This document shows, in pieces, positions 47,015 to 55,715 of a stretch of DNA of 59,753 nucleotides. Below the pieces are notes generated by a model. That model ran no database searches, was not told the DNA's origin, and was given only the letters and a program-made list of their open reading frames with translations. The first letter of the stretch is position 1. Every line of letters begins with the position of its first letter. Source of the DNA: Acidimicrobiales bacterium. Lineage in GTDB: Bacteria; Actinomycetota; Acidimicrobiia; Acidimicrobiales; CADCSY01. The translations under genes and the position numbers were made by a program. The DNA is taken from assembly GCA_025463335.1 (NCBI GenBank), contig JAOBWJ010000110.1:1-59753 (forward strand), read 5' to 3'.

Positions 47015-47861
47015 CCGCGTAGCGACTGTCGGAGTGGAGGATCCCCTCGGGGGTCCCGATGCCGTCGGTGGTCCAGGCCCAGATTCGCCACATGAACCGC
47101 TCCTCGTAGACGAACGGATAGCGGCCGTGCAGCATCCGGTAGTTGTCGACGCAGAGCGCCTCGCCGGGCTGGAGCTTGCATGGCGTGATGAGGGGCGAGA
47201 TCCCCTCGACCAGCTCGTGCCACGTGGCGATGAGTCGGTCCTGGCGGGCCGCTTCCTCGGCGTCGACCGACGGGTCGGCGCGCTGGTCGAGGGTGCGGCG
47301 GAACATCGTCCGCCCGGCGGGGGTGACCTGGATGGCAGTCGACACGGACGGCCGGAAGCCCGGCTCCGTCTGATCGATCGGCACCGTGGTGAGCAGCTCG
47401 TGGAGCTCGGCCCCGAGCCCGTCGCTGGCGGCCAGCTCCTCGAGCAGGCGGTAGCCGTCGATCAGCAGCGACTCGCCACCGATCTCCGACTGGTCGACGC
47501 ACAGCAGGAAGATGACGTCGGGATAGTGGTCGCCGTAGGCGTAGCCGTCGGTGTGCGCTGGCTGGAGGTTGTCGTGGCCCAGCCCGGGCCGGGCCCGGTC
47601 CTTGCCGCCCTTCTCGCGCACGGCCACCGCCTCGGGGACGGCAATCGCCCGCTCCCCCAGCACGTCATGGGCGAGCTGGACGGCGTCGTCCGGCCCGGTG
47701 GCGCGGCCGGTCAGGATCGACGCCCCGTCGCGCATCATCGCCGCGTAGGCCTCAGCCGGATCGTCGTAGCGATCGGGCACGAACGCGACCACGTCCGGGT
47801 CGATGGCGATGGGCAGGGCCCCCGCGAGCGCCGGCAAGTCAGACGTCATACGTATGACCAT
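46998..47861 (-). CDS. TauD/TfdA family Fe(II)/2-oxoglutarate-dependent dioxygenase
   Basis: 287 aa. HTDGYAYG (H-x-D facial triad) and DNYRMLHGR (distal His/Arg). Alternative ATG at 47849. The 3' end overlaps the LacI gene by 17 nt. Confidence 0.8.
   Translation of the reverse strand: MVIRMTSDLPALAGALPIAIDPDVVAFVPDRYDDPAEAYAAMMRDGASILTGRATGPDDAVQLAHDVLGERAIAVPEAVAVREKGGKDRARPGLGHDNLQPAHTDGYAYGDHYPDVIFLLCVDQSEIGGESLLIDGYRLLEELAASDGLGAELHELLTTVPIDQTEPGFRPSVSTAIQVTPAGRTMFRRTLDQRADPSVDAEEAARQDRLIATWHELVEGISPLITPCKLQPGEALCVDNYRMLHGRYPFVYEERFMWRIWAWTTDGIGTPEGILHSDSRYAVTEPS
47845..47858. promoter_or_regulatory. Candidate LacI-family operator, site 2 (GTCATACGTATGAC, perfect 14-bp palindrome)
   Basis: Overlaps the ATG at 47849 and sits 3 nt inside the ATG at 47861 of the TauD-like gene. 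It has the same 12-bp core as site 1. Confidence 0.6.
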
Positions 47862-47907
47862 AGCCAGGGGTCGATCCCGCTGTAAACGACCCCAGTTCGC
47901 TGGCGCC

Positions 47908-48792
47908 TTACTTGACGTCGATCTCCGTGAGCATGCCCTTCACGACGTGCGGCGGCCCGGCGGTGCCCGGATCGGGCAGGAAGCAGACCGCTGCGTACCT
48001 CCCCGCCTCCAGGTTGGCCTTGTAGACGATCGACTCACCTGGCCCGGCAACCGCCGAGCCGATGGACTTCTCGAAGTCGACGGGGGGCGGACCGGTCGGC
48101 GGCCCTTGCGACGCGAACACGGCCCTCACCTCGTCGAGGGTCTTGCCCGGAAGGATGGGGACCATCAGCAGGTGGTGCAGCATCGTCCCGCCGTTCTCGA
48201 AGGCGATGGTGTTGTTGCCGGCCTTCAGGCCGACGGCGTCGAACTTGTACTCGCTGGCCGTGACCGTGGCACTGCCCGTGGGCAGGGTCGCTCCGCTCTT
48301 CGCGCCTGTGGTGAACGCGCCCGACATGCCGTGCGTGCTGTGTGGGCCGATCTGCTCGCTGGTCTCGGTGCAGAAGAAGGCATACTGCGCGTTCGGCGCC
48401 AGCTCGAAGGTGGCCGTGGCGGAGGATCCGGGTGCCACCGTTCCGACACCGGCCCCGCTCTTCAGCCACGCCTCCAGCGGGGCGGAGTCGGAGCTCACCT
48501 GCTTGAGGACGTCGTCGAGGGTGTGGCCCGTAGGGAGACGGACGAGCTGGAAGTCGTGCGGCTCCTGGTTGCTCGCCGCGCTGGCGAGCTCGAAGCTGAC
48601 GACGCCGCCCTTGACGTTCGGAGGCAGGTCGAACTTGTAGGCACCGTCGACCTCCGTCGCGGTGACCTTGTACCTGGGAGGCGCGGCGTTCGAAGTCGGG
48701 GGCGCGGCCGTGTTCTTGTTGTCGTCGCTGCCGCACGCCACCAGGAGAGTGATGCCGATGAGCACTGCGGCGATCCAGCTGATCCTTCGCAT
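47908..48792 (-). CDS. Lipoprotein with two tandem cupredoxin-like domains (tentative)
   Basis: ORF 47908..48888 trimmed to ATG 48792, preceded by GAGGAGGG. Signal plus lipobox ITLLVAC. Two homologous halves each carry H...C...H...M (EPHDF..YAFFCTETSEQIGPHSTHGM ; LHHLL..YAAVCFLPDPGTAGPPHVVKGM). Confidence 0.6.
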   Translation of the reverse strand: MRRISWIAAVLIGITLLVACGSDDNKNTAAPPTSNAAPPRYKVTATEVDGAYKFDLPPNVKGGVVSFELASAASNQEPHDFQLVRLPTGHTLDDVLKQVSSDSAPLEAWLKSGAGVGTVAPGSSATATFELAPNAQYAFFCTETSEQIGPHSTHGMSGAFTTGAKSGATLPTGSATVTASEYKFDAVGLKAGNNTIAFENGGTMLHHLLMVPILPGKTLDEVRAVFASQGPPTGPPPVDFEKSIGSAVAGPGESIVYKANLEAGRYAAVCFLPDPGTAGPPHVVKGMLTEIDVK

Positions 48793-48948
48793 ACGCCCTC
48801 CTCTCGAATGCCGCCGTCGCGACCTGGTCGAGATTGCGAGGGCACGCCTCGACAGGCTCCACCCGATGGACCTGCCGATGCAGGCCAAGATGAGGGGTGA
48901 CGGCGGCTAGTCCCCACCTCCTTGACGGGGGCACCTGGGCTCGCCGAG

Positions 48949-50454
48949 TCAGCGCCCGCGATGTGCTCCGCGCAGCGCGGCGGCGAGCGGCGGAGACTCG
49001 ATCCCCCGCTCGCGACCCTCCAGCCACGAGGGCAGGTCGGGGGCCTGGAGTCCGGTACCGCCAATCAAGGGAAGAGCGATGATCAGCGCCACTCCGGCGA
49101 CGGTCGCCGCGAGCATGATCCAGGCGCCGAGATGGATGCCGTCGGTGAGTTCCGAGGGGCTGGCGCCCGACGACATGGCCACATGCAGGACGATCGGTCC
49201 GATGAGGAACGCCGCCTCGCTGCGCAACAGCTCGACCAGCGCGAACGCGGGGCCGAGCTGCTTGGAGGGGACCGCAAGTGCGGCCTGGAACAGGCCCGGC
49301 GACACTGTGGCGCCGGCACCGAAGCCAACGCCGGCGGCGATGAGCGGGACCAGCCACGAGACGCTGTCGACACGCAGCAGCCCGACTCCGACGGCGGCGA
49401 CGCCGAGGACGACCATGCCCACGTTGATGAGGACCGGGACCAGCCGGCTGCGGAACAGCATGCCGAACAGCGCCGCGGCGATGGCCACGCCGACCGGTGC
49501 CGGCCAGAAGTCGCGCGCGATCTGCGCGGGTTCGGCATGTTGCACGTCGGTGACGAAGACCGTCGCCAGCTCGAGCAGCGTCACGGCAACCGCGCCGGCG
49601 AACATGGCGGCAAGGAGGCCGGTGAGCGGGACGGTGTGACTGATCAGCCGGACGGGCGTCAGCGGCTCGCGGTGGCGGTACTGCGTCACGATGAGGAGGA
49701 CGAGGAACACGAGGCCGACGACGAGCGGTGCGACGACGATCCAAGTCAGGAACTGGGTGCTCGTCAGGAACGCCGTGCCCACGAACGGAAGGAAGGTCGC
49801 GCCCGCCGCCAGGACGATCGCCGACCGGTCGATCCGGCCCTCGGGATCGAGCGGCGCACCGGTCGGGACGGAGAGCGCGGCGCAGCCGGCGCCGAGTGCG
49901 CCGAGCACGGCGGCCGCCGCGAACAGGAACCGCCAACCGTCCGGCGAGGTGGCCGCCGCGGCACCGGCGAGGGGACCCAGAAACGCAGTCCCGAAGAGGC
50001 CGAGGTCGACGATGGCGACCGTCGTGGGGAGCTTCGCGGCGCCGAAGCCGGTGACGAGGGGCGGCAGCGCGGCCACGAGGAGCAGCCCGGTCGCCAGACC
50101 TTCGAGCGTGCGCCCGGTCACGAACACGCCGATGCCCGGCGCCGCGGCGGCGAGGATCGAGCCGACCACGAAGATGGCCTCGTACGCGAGCAGCAGCGGC
50201 CGGGGTGGCAGTCGCTTCACGAACGCGACCGCGAGCACTGCGCCGAAGGCGTATCCAGCGCTGGCGAGCCCGTCCGCCACGCTCAGTCCGGTGGACGACG
50301 CGCCCAGTCCCCGCACGAGCTCCGGTTCGAGCACCTGGGAGGCGATGCTGACCACGAGCATGGGCGACAAGGCCAAGAGCACGAGGGCGACACGGAACCC
50401 GTAGCTCCCGGCCAGCGGCGGACCCACCTCCGGGCGGCGCTGGTCGGGTCTCAT
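48949..50454 (-). CDS. MFS transporter (14-TM DHA2-like)
   Basis: 501 aa, polytopic, with an MFS motif-A-like GRTLEGLATG. Confidence 0.85.
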   Translation of the reverse strand: MRPDQRRPEVGPPLAGSYGFRVALVLLALSPMLVVSIASQVLEPELVRGLGASSTGLSVADGLASAGYAFGAVLAVAFVKRLPPRPLLLAYEAIFVVGSILAAAAPGIGVFVTGRTLEGLATGLLLVAALPPLVTGFGAAKLPTTVAIVDLGLFGTAFLGPLAGAAAATSPDGWRFLFAAAAVLGALGAGCAALSVPTGAPLDPEGRIDRSAIVLAAGATFLPFVGTAFLTSTQFLTWIVVAPLVVGLVFLVLLIVTQYRHREPLTPVRLISHTVPLTGLLAAMFAGAVAVTLLELATVFVTDVQHAEPAQIARDFWPAPVGVAIAAALFGMLFRSRLVPVLINVGMVVLGVAAVGVGLLRVDSVSWLVPLIAAGVGFGAGATVSPGLFQAALAVPSKQLGPAFALVELLRSEAAFLIGPIVLHVAMSSGASPSELTDGIHLGAWIMLAATVAGVALIIALPLIGGTGLQAPDLPSWLEGRERGIESPPLAAALRGAHRGR

Positions 50455-50548
50455 GGACGGCCTCCTCGGGCCTCGAGCATCTCCTCGGGCGCGCTACCCC
50501 CCGGCTCCGACGCCGTACACCCGTCGCCCATCGCAATCCCGTGTCTCG

Positions 50549-51463
50549 TCAGCCGGAGCGCCCGATGGGAACGACGTCGACCCGCACGATGTAGGGCGAC
50601 TGGCTTCGGAGGTCCTCGTCGATTGCCCGGACCAGCGCCTCGACCTCATCGCCCCGCAACCCGTCGTCCACGTCGACCCGAGCGAGCACCCAGATGCGTC
50701 GAGGACCGAGGTAGGTGAGCGCCAGCTCTTTGATGGCGACCACGCCCGGCTTGCTGGCCACCGACCGTTCCACTTCGACTCGGACGGCGGGCGGCGCCTG
50801 CTCGCCGAGGAGGAAGTCACGGTTCCGTCGCGCGAGTTGCACGCTCACCGCCACCAGCAGCATGCCGATCAGCACCGCCGCGATGGCGTCGGGTAGCGGC
50901 GATCCAGTGGCCTGGTGCAGGGCGACGCCGACGAGTGCGATCACGTCGCCGGCGATGGCTGCCGCGTCTTCGGCGAACACCGCCCGTACGGTCGGGTCGG
51001 ACGTCAGGACCACTTGGTCGAGGAAGTCTCGGCGGAACTGGCGTGCTTCGGATCGCAGCTGGCGAACCGCTTGGACCAGCGACACCGAGTCGAAGAGGGC
51101 GGAGATGGCCAGGATCGCGTAGGCGACCCCGAAAGATGTCGCGTCGACCTGATGCAGCACACTGGCGACGCCCTCTCGAAGCGAGAACACGGCACCCGCG
51201 ACGAACACGCCGACCGACGCGATGAGCGCCCAGAAGTACGCATCACGCCCGTAGCCGAACGGGTGCCGCTCGTCCGCTGGCCGCACGCTGCGCCGCTGCG
51301 CTTCGAGCAGCAGGACCTGGTTGCCAGTGTCGGCAACAGCGTGCGCCGCCTCCGCCGCCATCGCGGTGGACCCGGTGATCACGGCAGCGCCGATCTTCGC
51401 CAGGGCGACGGAAAGGTTCACGACCAGGGCGACGACGACCGTCCGCGTGCTTTCGGGGGGCAC
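50549..51463 (-). CDS. Cation diffusion facilitator family transporter
   Basis: ORF 50549..52450 trimmed to GTG 51463. NLSVALAKIGAAVITGSTAMAAEAAHAVADTGNQ and the C-terminal cytoplasmic domain are typical of CDF proteins. Confidence 0.85.
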   Translation of the reverse strand: MPPESTRTVVVALVVNLSVALAKIGAAVITGSTAMAAEAAHAVADTGNQVLLLEAQRRSVRPADERHPFGYGRDAYFWALIASVGVFVAGAVFSLREGVASVLHQVDATSFGVAYAILAISALFDSVSLVQAVRQLRSEARQFRRDFLDQVVLTSDPTVRAVFAEDAAAIAGDVIALVGVALHQATGSPLPDAIAAVLIGMLLVAVSVQLARRNRDFLLGEQAPPAVRVEVERSVASKPGVVAIKELALTYLGPRRIWVLARVDVDDGLRGDEVEALVRAIDEDLRSQSPYIVRVDVVPIGRSG

Positions 51464-51592
51464 GCAGCGTTGCCTACCCAGTGGCCCTGCCGAGCTCGCC
51501 CTGGATGACCAGGATTGGACCAACGGCCCTACCGGGTTGAGCCGGCGACGACCACACTTTGACACTGGCTCAGTCGTCCGCCACGAAGAGAT

Positions 51593-52840
51593 GTGGTCCA
51601 GATGTCGCAGGTCGTAGCGCCTACGAGACAGGAGTTGCTCGGCGAGATCAGCCAGGTCGTTCACGATCTCCCCGCCCTCCTCACCGCGCCCCTCTACCGG
51701 AGGTGGCACCGCCACTGGGGCGCTACGCCCGCCGAGATCGCCGCGTCGCTCCCCGGCGACGAACTTCTGCCGCATGCCCAGTTCCGGACAACGAGAGCGA
51801 TAACGATCGACGTCCCGCCGGATCACGTCTGGCCTTGGCTCGTGCAGGTCGGGTGTCTGCGTGCCGGCTGGTACAGCAACGATCTGCTCGACAACCTCGC
51901 CCATCCCAGCGCGACCACCATCGTGTCCGACCTCCAACACCTCGAGGTCGGCCAGTGGGTCCCGATGTCGCCGTCGCCGACGCCGTCGGACCGCACTGCC
52001 TTGAAGGTCCACTCGTTCGAGCTCAACAAGTGGCTGCTCTGGACCAAGCCCGACAGCACCTGGGCGTGGCGACTGACGCCGACTGACGACGGCGGAACCC
52101 GGCTGGTCACCCGCGTCCACGCCGTCTATGACTGGCGGCACCCACCGTCTGCACTGCTCGGCGTCGTGCTGATGGAGTTCGGCGACTTCGCCATGCAACG
52201 CAGGATGCTTCGGGGGATCAAGACACGCTCCGAGTCGCTTCGGAGGGTCCGGCCTCCTCCATCTGTCGATCTCTACTGGATCCCACTGGGGGCGGGCGCA
52301 TTCGTTGTGCGGCGCACCGGCAGGCTGTTCGAGTGGATGTCGGCGTTGCTCCAACGACGGCGGCCGTCCGACCTGTTTCACTCGGCGCTCGAGGTCACCG
52401 TTCCCGCAGGCCGCTTCGTCATCGAGATGACGCCGATTCCCGACGTCCACGGGGAACGACGTGGGGTCGTATCCGAAGGTCCTGTTGGAGCGCGATGGGC
52501 CGGACGGCTTCGGATCTTCCGCTACGAGCTCCGACGCTGGCGTCAGGGCGTGATCCCGGACGCCGGCGAAGCCATCAACAGTCCGATGACCGTCAGCGAG
52601 GATCTGGCTACCGCATTGCGAATCCTCGACCTGGTGCCCTCGGTGCCGACGCCGGTGTGGGGCCGAGACGAACTCGACGCTGGTGAGATGTGGAACTCGA
52701 ACTCGGTCACCTCGTGGCTGCTTGCTCGTGGCGGCGTCGACCCTTCACCGGTTCCGCCGCGTCGTGGTCGGGCACCTGGTTGGGACGCTGGCGTCGTTGT
52801 CGCAGCACGTGACCTCGACGACGAGCATCGCCGGAAGTAG
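51593..52840 (+). CDS. Fusion protein: N-terminal SRPBCC (START/polyketide-cyclase-like) domain plus C-terminal domain of unknown function
   Basis: 415-aa uninterrupted ORF. N-terminal half: WGATPAEIAASLPGDELLP...VQVGCLRAGWYSNDLLDN. C-terminal half: DLYWIPLGAGAFVVRRTGRLFEW...DLFHSALEV...GEMWNSNSVTSWLL, which I recall as a stand-alone actinobacterial hypothetical family. Confidence 0.7.
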   Translation: MVQMSQVVAPTRQELLGEISQVVHDLPALLTAPLYRRWHRHWGATPAEIAASLPGDELLPHAQFRTTRAITIDVPPDHVWPWLVQVGCLRAGWYSNDLLDNLAHPSATTIVSDLQHLEVGQWVPMSPSPTPSDRTALKVHSFELNKWLLWTKPDSTWAWRLTPTDDGGTRLVTRVHAVYDWRHPPSALLGVVLMEFGDFAMQRRMLRGIKTRSESLRRVRPPPSVDLYWIPLGAGAFVVRRTGRLFEWMSALLQRRRPSDLFHSALEVTVPAGRFVIEMTPIPDVHGERRGVVSEGPVGARWAGRLRIFRYELRRWRQGVIPDAGEAINSPMTVSEDLATALRILDLVPSVPTPVWGRDELDAGEMWNSNSVTSWLLARGGVDPSPVPPRRGRAPGWDAGVVVAARDLDDEHRRK

Positions 52841-52851
52841 AGGAGACGTCG

Positions 52852-53607
52852 GTGGTTCGGAGCGTGACGCCAGAGTGGACACGGCTCGAGAGCCTCCTCA
52901 GGAGCCTTCCTGCTCCCGGCGAGTTCACCCCCGAGGACCTCGCTGGGGTCGCAGAGCCGATCCGGCGCTACTTCAACGCCAGCGTCGCCCCCGGAACGCC
53001 CCTGGCGACCGGTGCGCGACTTGAGATGCGCGGCCACATCAAGCTTGGCCGTTGGCTGCCCTTTCGGGCCCGCCAGTTGCTTGCTCCGTGCTTTGGCACG
53101 GTGTGGCAGGCGAGGGTGGCGGGGGTTGTCAGCGGTAGTGACCGCTACGTCGAAGGTTGCGGTGGAATGGATTGGAAGCTTCTCGGGCTGCGCCGCATCG
53201 TGCACACGGACGGCAAGGACGTCACTCAGAGCGCCGCAGAGAGGGCGGCGGGCGAGTCCATCTTGGTCCCGACCGCGCTCATCAGCACGCCCGGAGCGGC
53301 GTGGACGGCAAGTGCTCAGGATCGAATCGCCGTCGACATCGACACCGATGGACACCGAACTCGCGTTGGCCACGAGCTCGACCCCTCAGGCCGAGTCCTC
53401 AGCTCGTCGTTCCAGCGCTGGGGCGACCCGGATGGCACCGGAACCTGGGGACGTCACCCGTTCGGTGTCGAAGTCACCAGTCATGCCACCTTCGACGGCA
53501 TCACCATCCCGTGCAAGGGCCGTGCCGGCTGGCACTTCGGGACCGACCGGTGGGACAGCGGCGTCTTCTTCCGCTTCGAGATCACCGGGTACCAACTCTT
53601 CCGGTAG
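52852..53607 (+). CDS. DUF6544-like hypothetical protein
   Basis: 251 aa. GTG 52852 lies 6 nt after AGGAG. WLPFRARQLLAPCFGTVWQARVAGVVSGSDRYVEGCGGMDWKLLGL. Confidence 0.7.
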   Translation: MVRSVTPEWTRLESLLRSLPAPGEFTPEDLAGVAEPIRRYFNASVAPGTPLATGARLEMRGHIKLGRWLPFRARQLLAPCFGTVWQARVAGVVSGSDRYVEGCGGMDWKLLGLRRIVHTDGKDVTQSAAERAAGESILVPTALISTPGAAWTASAQDRIAVDIDTDGHRTRVGHELDPSGRVLSSSFQRWGDPDGTGTWGRHPFGVEVTSHATFDGITIPCKGRAGWHFGTDRWDSGVFFRFEITGYQLFR

Positions 53608-53633
53608 TCGGCTCGTGCCGTTCGTTCTCCGGT

Positions 53634-53649
53634 CGGGTGCCCTCACCCG
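53634..53649. terminator. Small hairpin between convergent genes
   Basis: CGGGTG CCCT CACCCG: 6-bp stem, 4-nt loop. Confidence 0.3.
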
Positions 53650-53666
53650 CCGTCGAGGACGACCAC

Positions 53667-54026
53667 CTACGTTCGGGCCCGGAGCTGACCTTTGAGGACG
53701 GCGCCACTGCCCGTCGTGGCGGCAACCGTGATGTCGACCGGCGTCGATGGGTCTCCGGTAAGGATCCCGACTTCACCGGACAGCTGGCCGTCGTCGCCCA
53801 CCGAGTACGAAGCGGAACCGGTGCCGTCCGTGTCCAGGACGAGGTCTGAACCAGGCTGCAGACCGGCCGCTCGCACTCTGATCGCACCACCGCTGCTCTC
53901 CGTGCAGACCTCGGCGCTCTCCACCCTGATGCAAGACGCGCCGGCGGCCCCCGACCCTCCACAGGCGGCCAAGACAACGAGCAAGGAGCCCAAGACGGCG
54001 ACGCGGCGACGGGGGGTCGAGGTCAT
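53667..54026 (-). CDS. Small lipoprotein, unknown function
   Basis: 119 aa. Signal plus lipobox LVVLAAC. The mature part has one Cys pair (SCIRVESAEVC). ATG overlaps the terC stop (ATGA). Confidence 0.6.
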   Translation of the reverse strand: MTSTPRRRVAVLGSLLVVLAACGGSGAAGASCIRVESAEVCTESSGGAIRVRAAGLQPGSDLVLDTDGTGSASYSVGDDGQLSGEVGILTGDPSTPVDITVAATTGSGAVLKGQLRART

Positions 54027-55114
54027 CGTGGATCGACGGAGTCTCGGTCAGGGTCGACGCCGCCCAGCTCGTCGGACGTGCCCGCGTCCGAGACCGGAAG
54101 CTCGGGTGGCGGAACGATGCCCGTCGTGCGGTCTCGCCGGTCCGCCCGGAGGGAGGCAGCGATGGCGATGCAGAGGACCAGGGCGATGACGCCGAGGGAG
54201 ATGTACGTGGGGAGGTGAACCTCGAAGGGGTCACCGATGAGGAGCATCTTGATGCCGACGAAGGCGAGGATGACGCCGAGGCCGACGTTGAGGTAGCGGA
54301 ACTTGCCCTGCATGCCGCCGAGGAGGAAGTACAGCGACCGCAACCCCAGGATGGCGAAGGCGTTGGCCGCGAACACGATGAAGGGCTCCCGGCTCACCGC
54401 CAGGACAGCGGGCACGGAGTCGACGGCGAACACGACGTCGGTGGCCTCGATGAGGATCAGCACCGCGAAAAGCGGCGTCGCCAGCCGCTTCGCGTTCTGG
54501 CGGGTGAAGAGCTTCTGCCCGTCGTACTCGGTGGTGGTCGGCACCAACCGCCGCACCAGCCTCATGGCGACGTTGTTGTTGTAGTCGACCTCCTTGTCCT
54601 CGTCGTGCCGGGCGATCTTCGCGGCGGTGTAGAGCAGGAATGCCCCGAAGATGTACAGGATCCACTCGAAGCGCTCGATGAGCGACACCCCGGCGAAGAT
54701 GAAGATCCCGCGGAGCACGAGTGCGCCGAAGATGCCCCAGAACAGGACCCGGAACTGGTACGCCCGAGGGACGCCGAAGAACGAGAAGATGACGGCCCAC
54801 ACGAACACGTTGTCGATCGACAGGCTCTTCTCGATGAGGAAGCCGGCGTAGTACTCGCCGCTGGCCGACCCGCCTTGCCAGACGAGCATCACCACCCCGA
54901 ACAGCAGCCCGATCGAGATCCAGATGGCGGATTCGATCGAGGCCTCTTTGATGGTGATCACGTGGGCCGTGCGGTGCACGAGCAATAGGTCGGCCACGAG
55001 CAGGACGACGATCGTCCCCGTGAGGGCGACCCACACCCACAAGGGAACGTCGAAGCTGACGAAGTTGTCCCCGACCGCGGTGTCTGCGGCCAGGAGGAGT
55101 GACGGGATGGGCAT
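54023..55114 (-). CDS. terC: TerC family integral membrane protein
   Basis: 363 aa. FLIEKSLSIDNVFVWAVIF and ATDVVFAVDSVPAVLAVS are the paired TerC signature repeats. AAGGA lies 6 nt upstream of the ATG. Confidence 0.9.
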   Translation of the reverse strand: MPIPSLLLAADTAVGDNFVSFDVPLWVWVALTGTIVVLLVADLLLVHRTAHVITIKEASIESAIWISIGLLFGVVMLVWQGGSASGEYYAGFLIEKSLSIDNVFVWAVIFSFFGVPRAYQFRVLFWGIFGALVLRGIFIFAGVSLIERFEWILYIFGAFLLYTAAKIARHDEDKEVDYNNNVAMRLVRRLVPTTTEYDGQKLFTRQNAKRLATPLFAVLILIEATDVVFAVDSVPAVLAVSREPFIVFAANAFAILGLRSLYFLLGGMQGKFRYLNVGLGVILAFVGIKMLLIGDPFEVHLPTYISLGVIALVLCIAIAASLRADRRDRTTGIVPPPELPVSDAGTSDELGGVDPDRDSVDPR

Positions 55115-55310
55115 CTGCGGTCCTTACTGCGCGCTGGATGAGTTTGTGTCGGCCGATCAGGCCGGCGTCGTTTCCGCCATCGGCGACGTCAACGGAGCCC
55201 GGGCCGGCGGGGCCCAAGCGAGAGGTCACGGGAGCGGCGGGTCGCCGTGATGGACAGGACCCTGCAGACCCGATTGTTTGCCCAACGCCTTGTCGGCGGG
55301 GCGGTCTCTC

Positions 55311-55625
55311 TTACAGCCGAAGGACCGGTGGCCCTCGCCACATCGGCGGCAGCGACCGCAGCGCCGACGACGCCAGCCAAGCCGGCGCCCACCCGTGCCG
55401 CACCCCGACCGAAGGGAACGACCTGGACCTCGGCCGACGGAGGCGGCAGATGACAGACCGACGCCGCGTTGTGGTCGGCACGCTCTCCGTCTGGGGCGCC
55501 TCATCCGGCGCCGGTGCAACCTGGGCGACCTGCGTCATGACGGCGGCCTGCGCCACCCCGCCGAGGCAGAGAAACCCGACCAGCGCGATCAGGACCACCC
55601 GAAGATGGCGGCGACCCGACGTCAC
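55311..55625 (-). CDS. Possible small secreted protein (very tentative)
   Basis: 104-codon ORF (GTG start) with a convincing signal-peptide-like N-terminus (SGRRHLRVVLIALVGFLCLGGVAQA/AV) and high G/C third positions. The remainder is Arg/Pro/Trp-rich and looks non-protein-like. No SD. Confidence 0.25.
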   Translation of the reverse strand: MTSGRRHLRVVLIALVGFLCLGGVAQAAVMTQVAQVAPAPDEAPQTESVPTTTRRRSVICRLRRPRSRSFPSVGVRHGWAPAWLASSALRSLPPMWRGPPVLRL

Positions 55626-55683
55626 GTTGCTACTGGAGTGTCGAAGACGGTGCCCACGAGGATCGATCGACGATACATGCAGC

Positions 55684-55706
55684 CGCCCGCTCGGACCCTG
55701 CGGGCG
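55684..55706 (-). terminator. Hairpin 10 nt downstream of the SDR stop
   Basis: 7-bp GC stem 55684-55690 / 55700-55706 with a 9-nt loop. No U-tract. Confidence 0.4.
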
Positions 55707-55715
55707 ATGCTGGCG

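Noticed and set aside
55240-55420. yybP-ykoY (Mn) riboswitch in the terC leader
   Set aside because: The minus-strand RNA contains a 3'-type ..AAGAGAGACCGCCCC.. segment. The highly conserved 5' GGGGAGUAG element is absent (no GGAGUA anywhere in 55115..55715). The nearest candidate partner (GGGGUGCGGCAC) does not fit the consensus. Not called.
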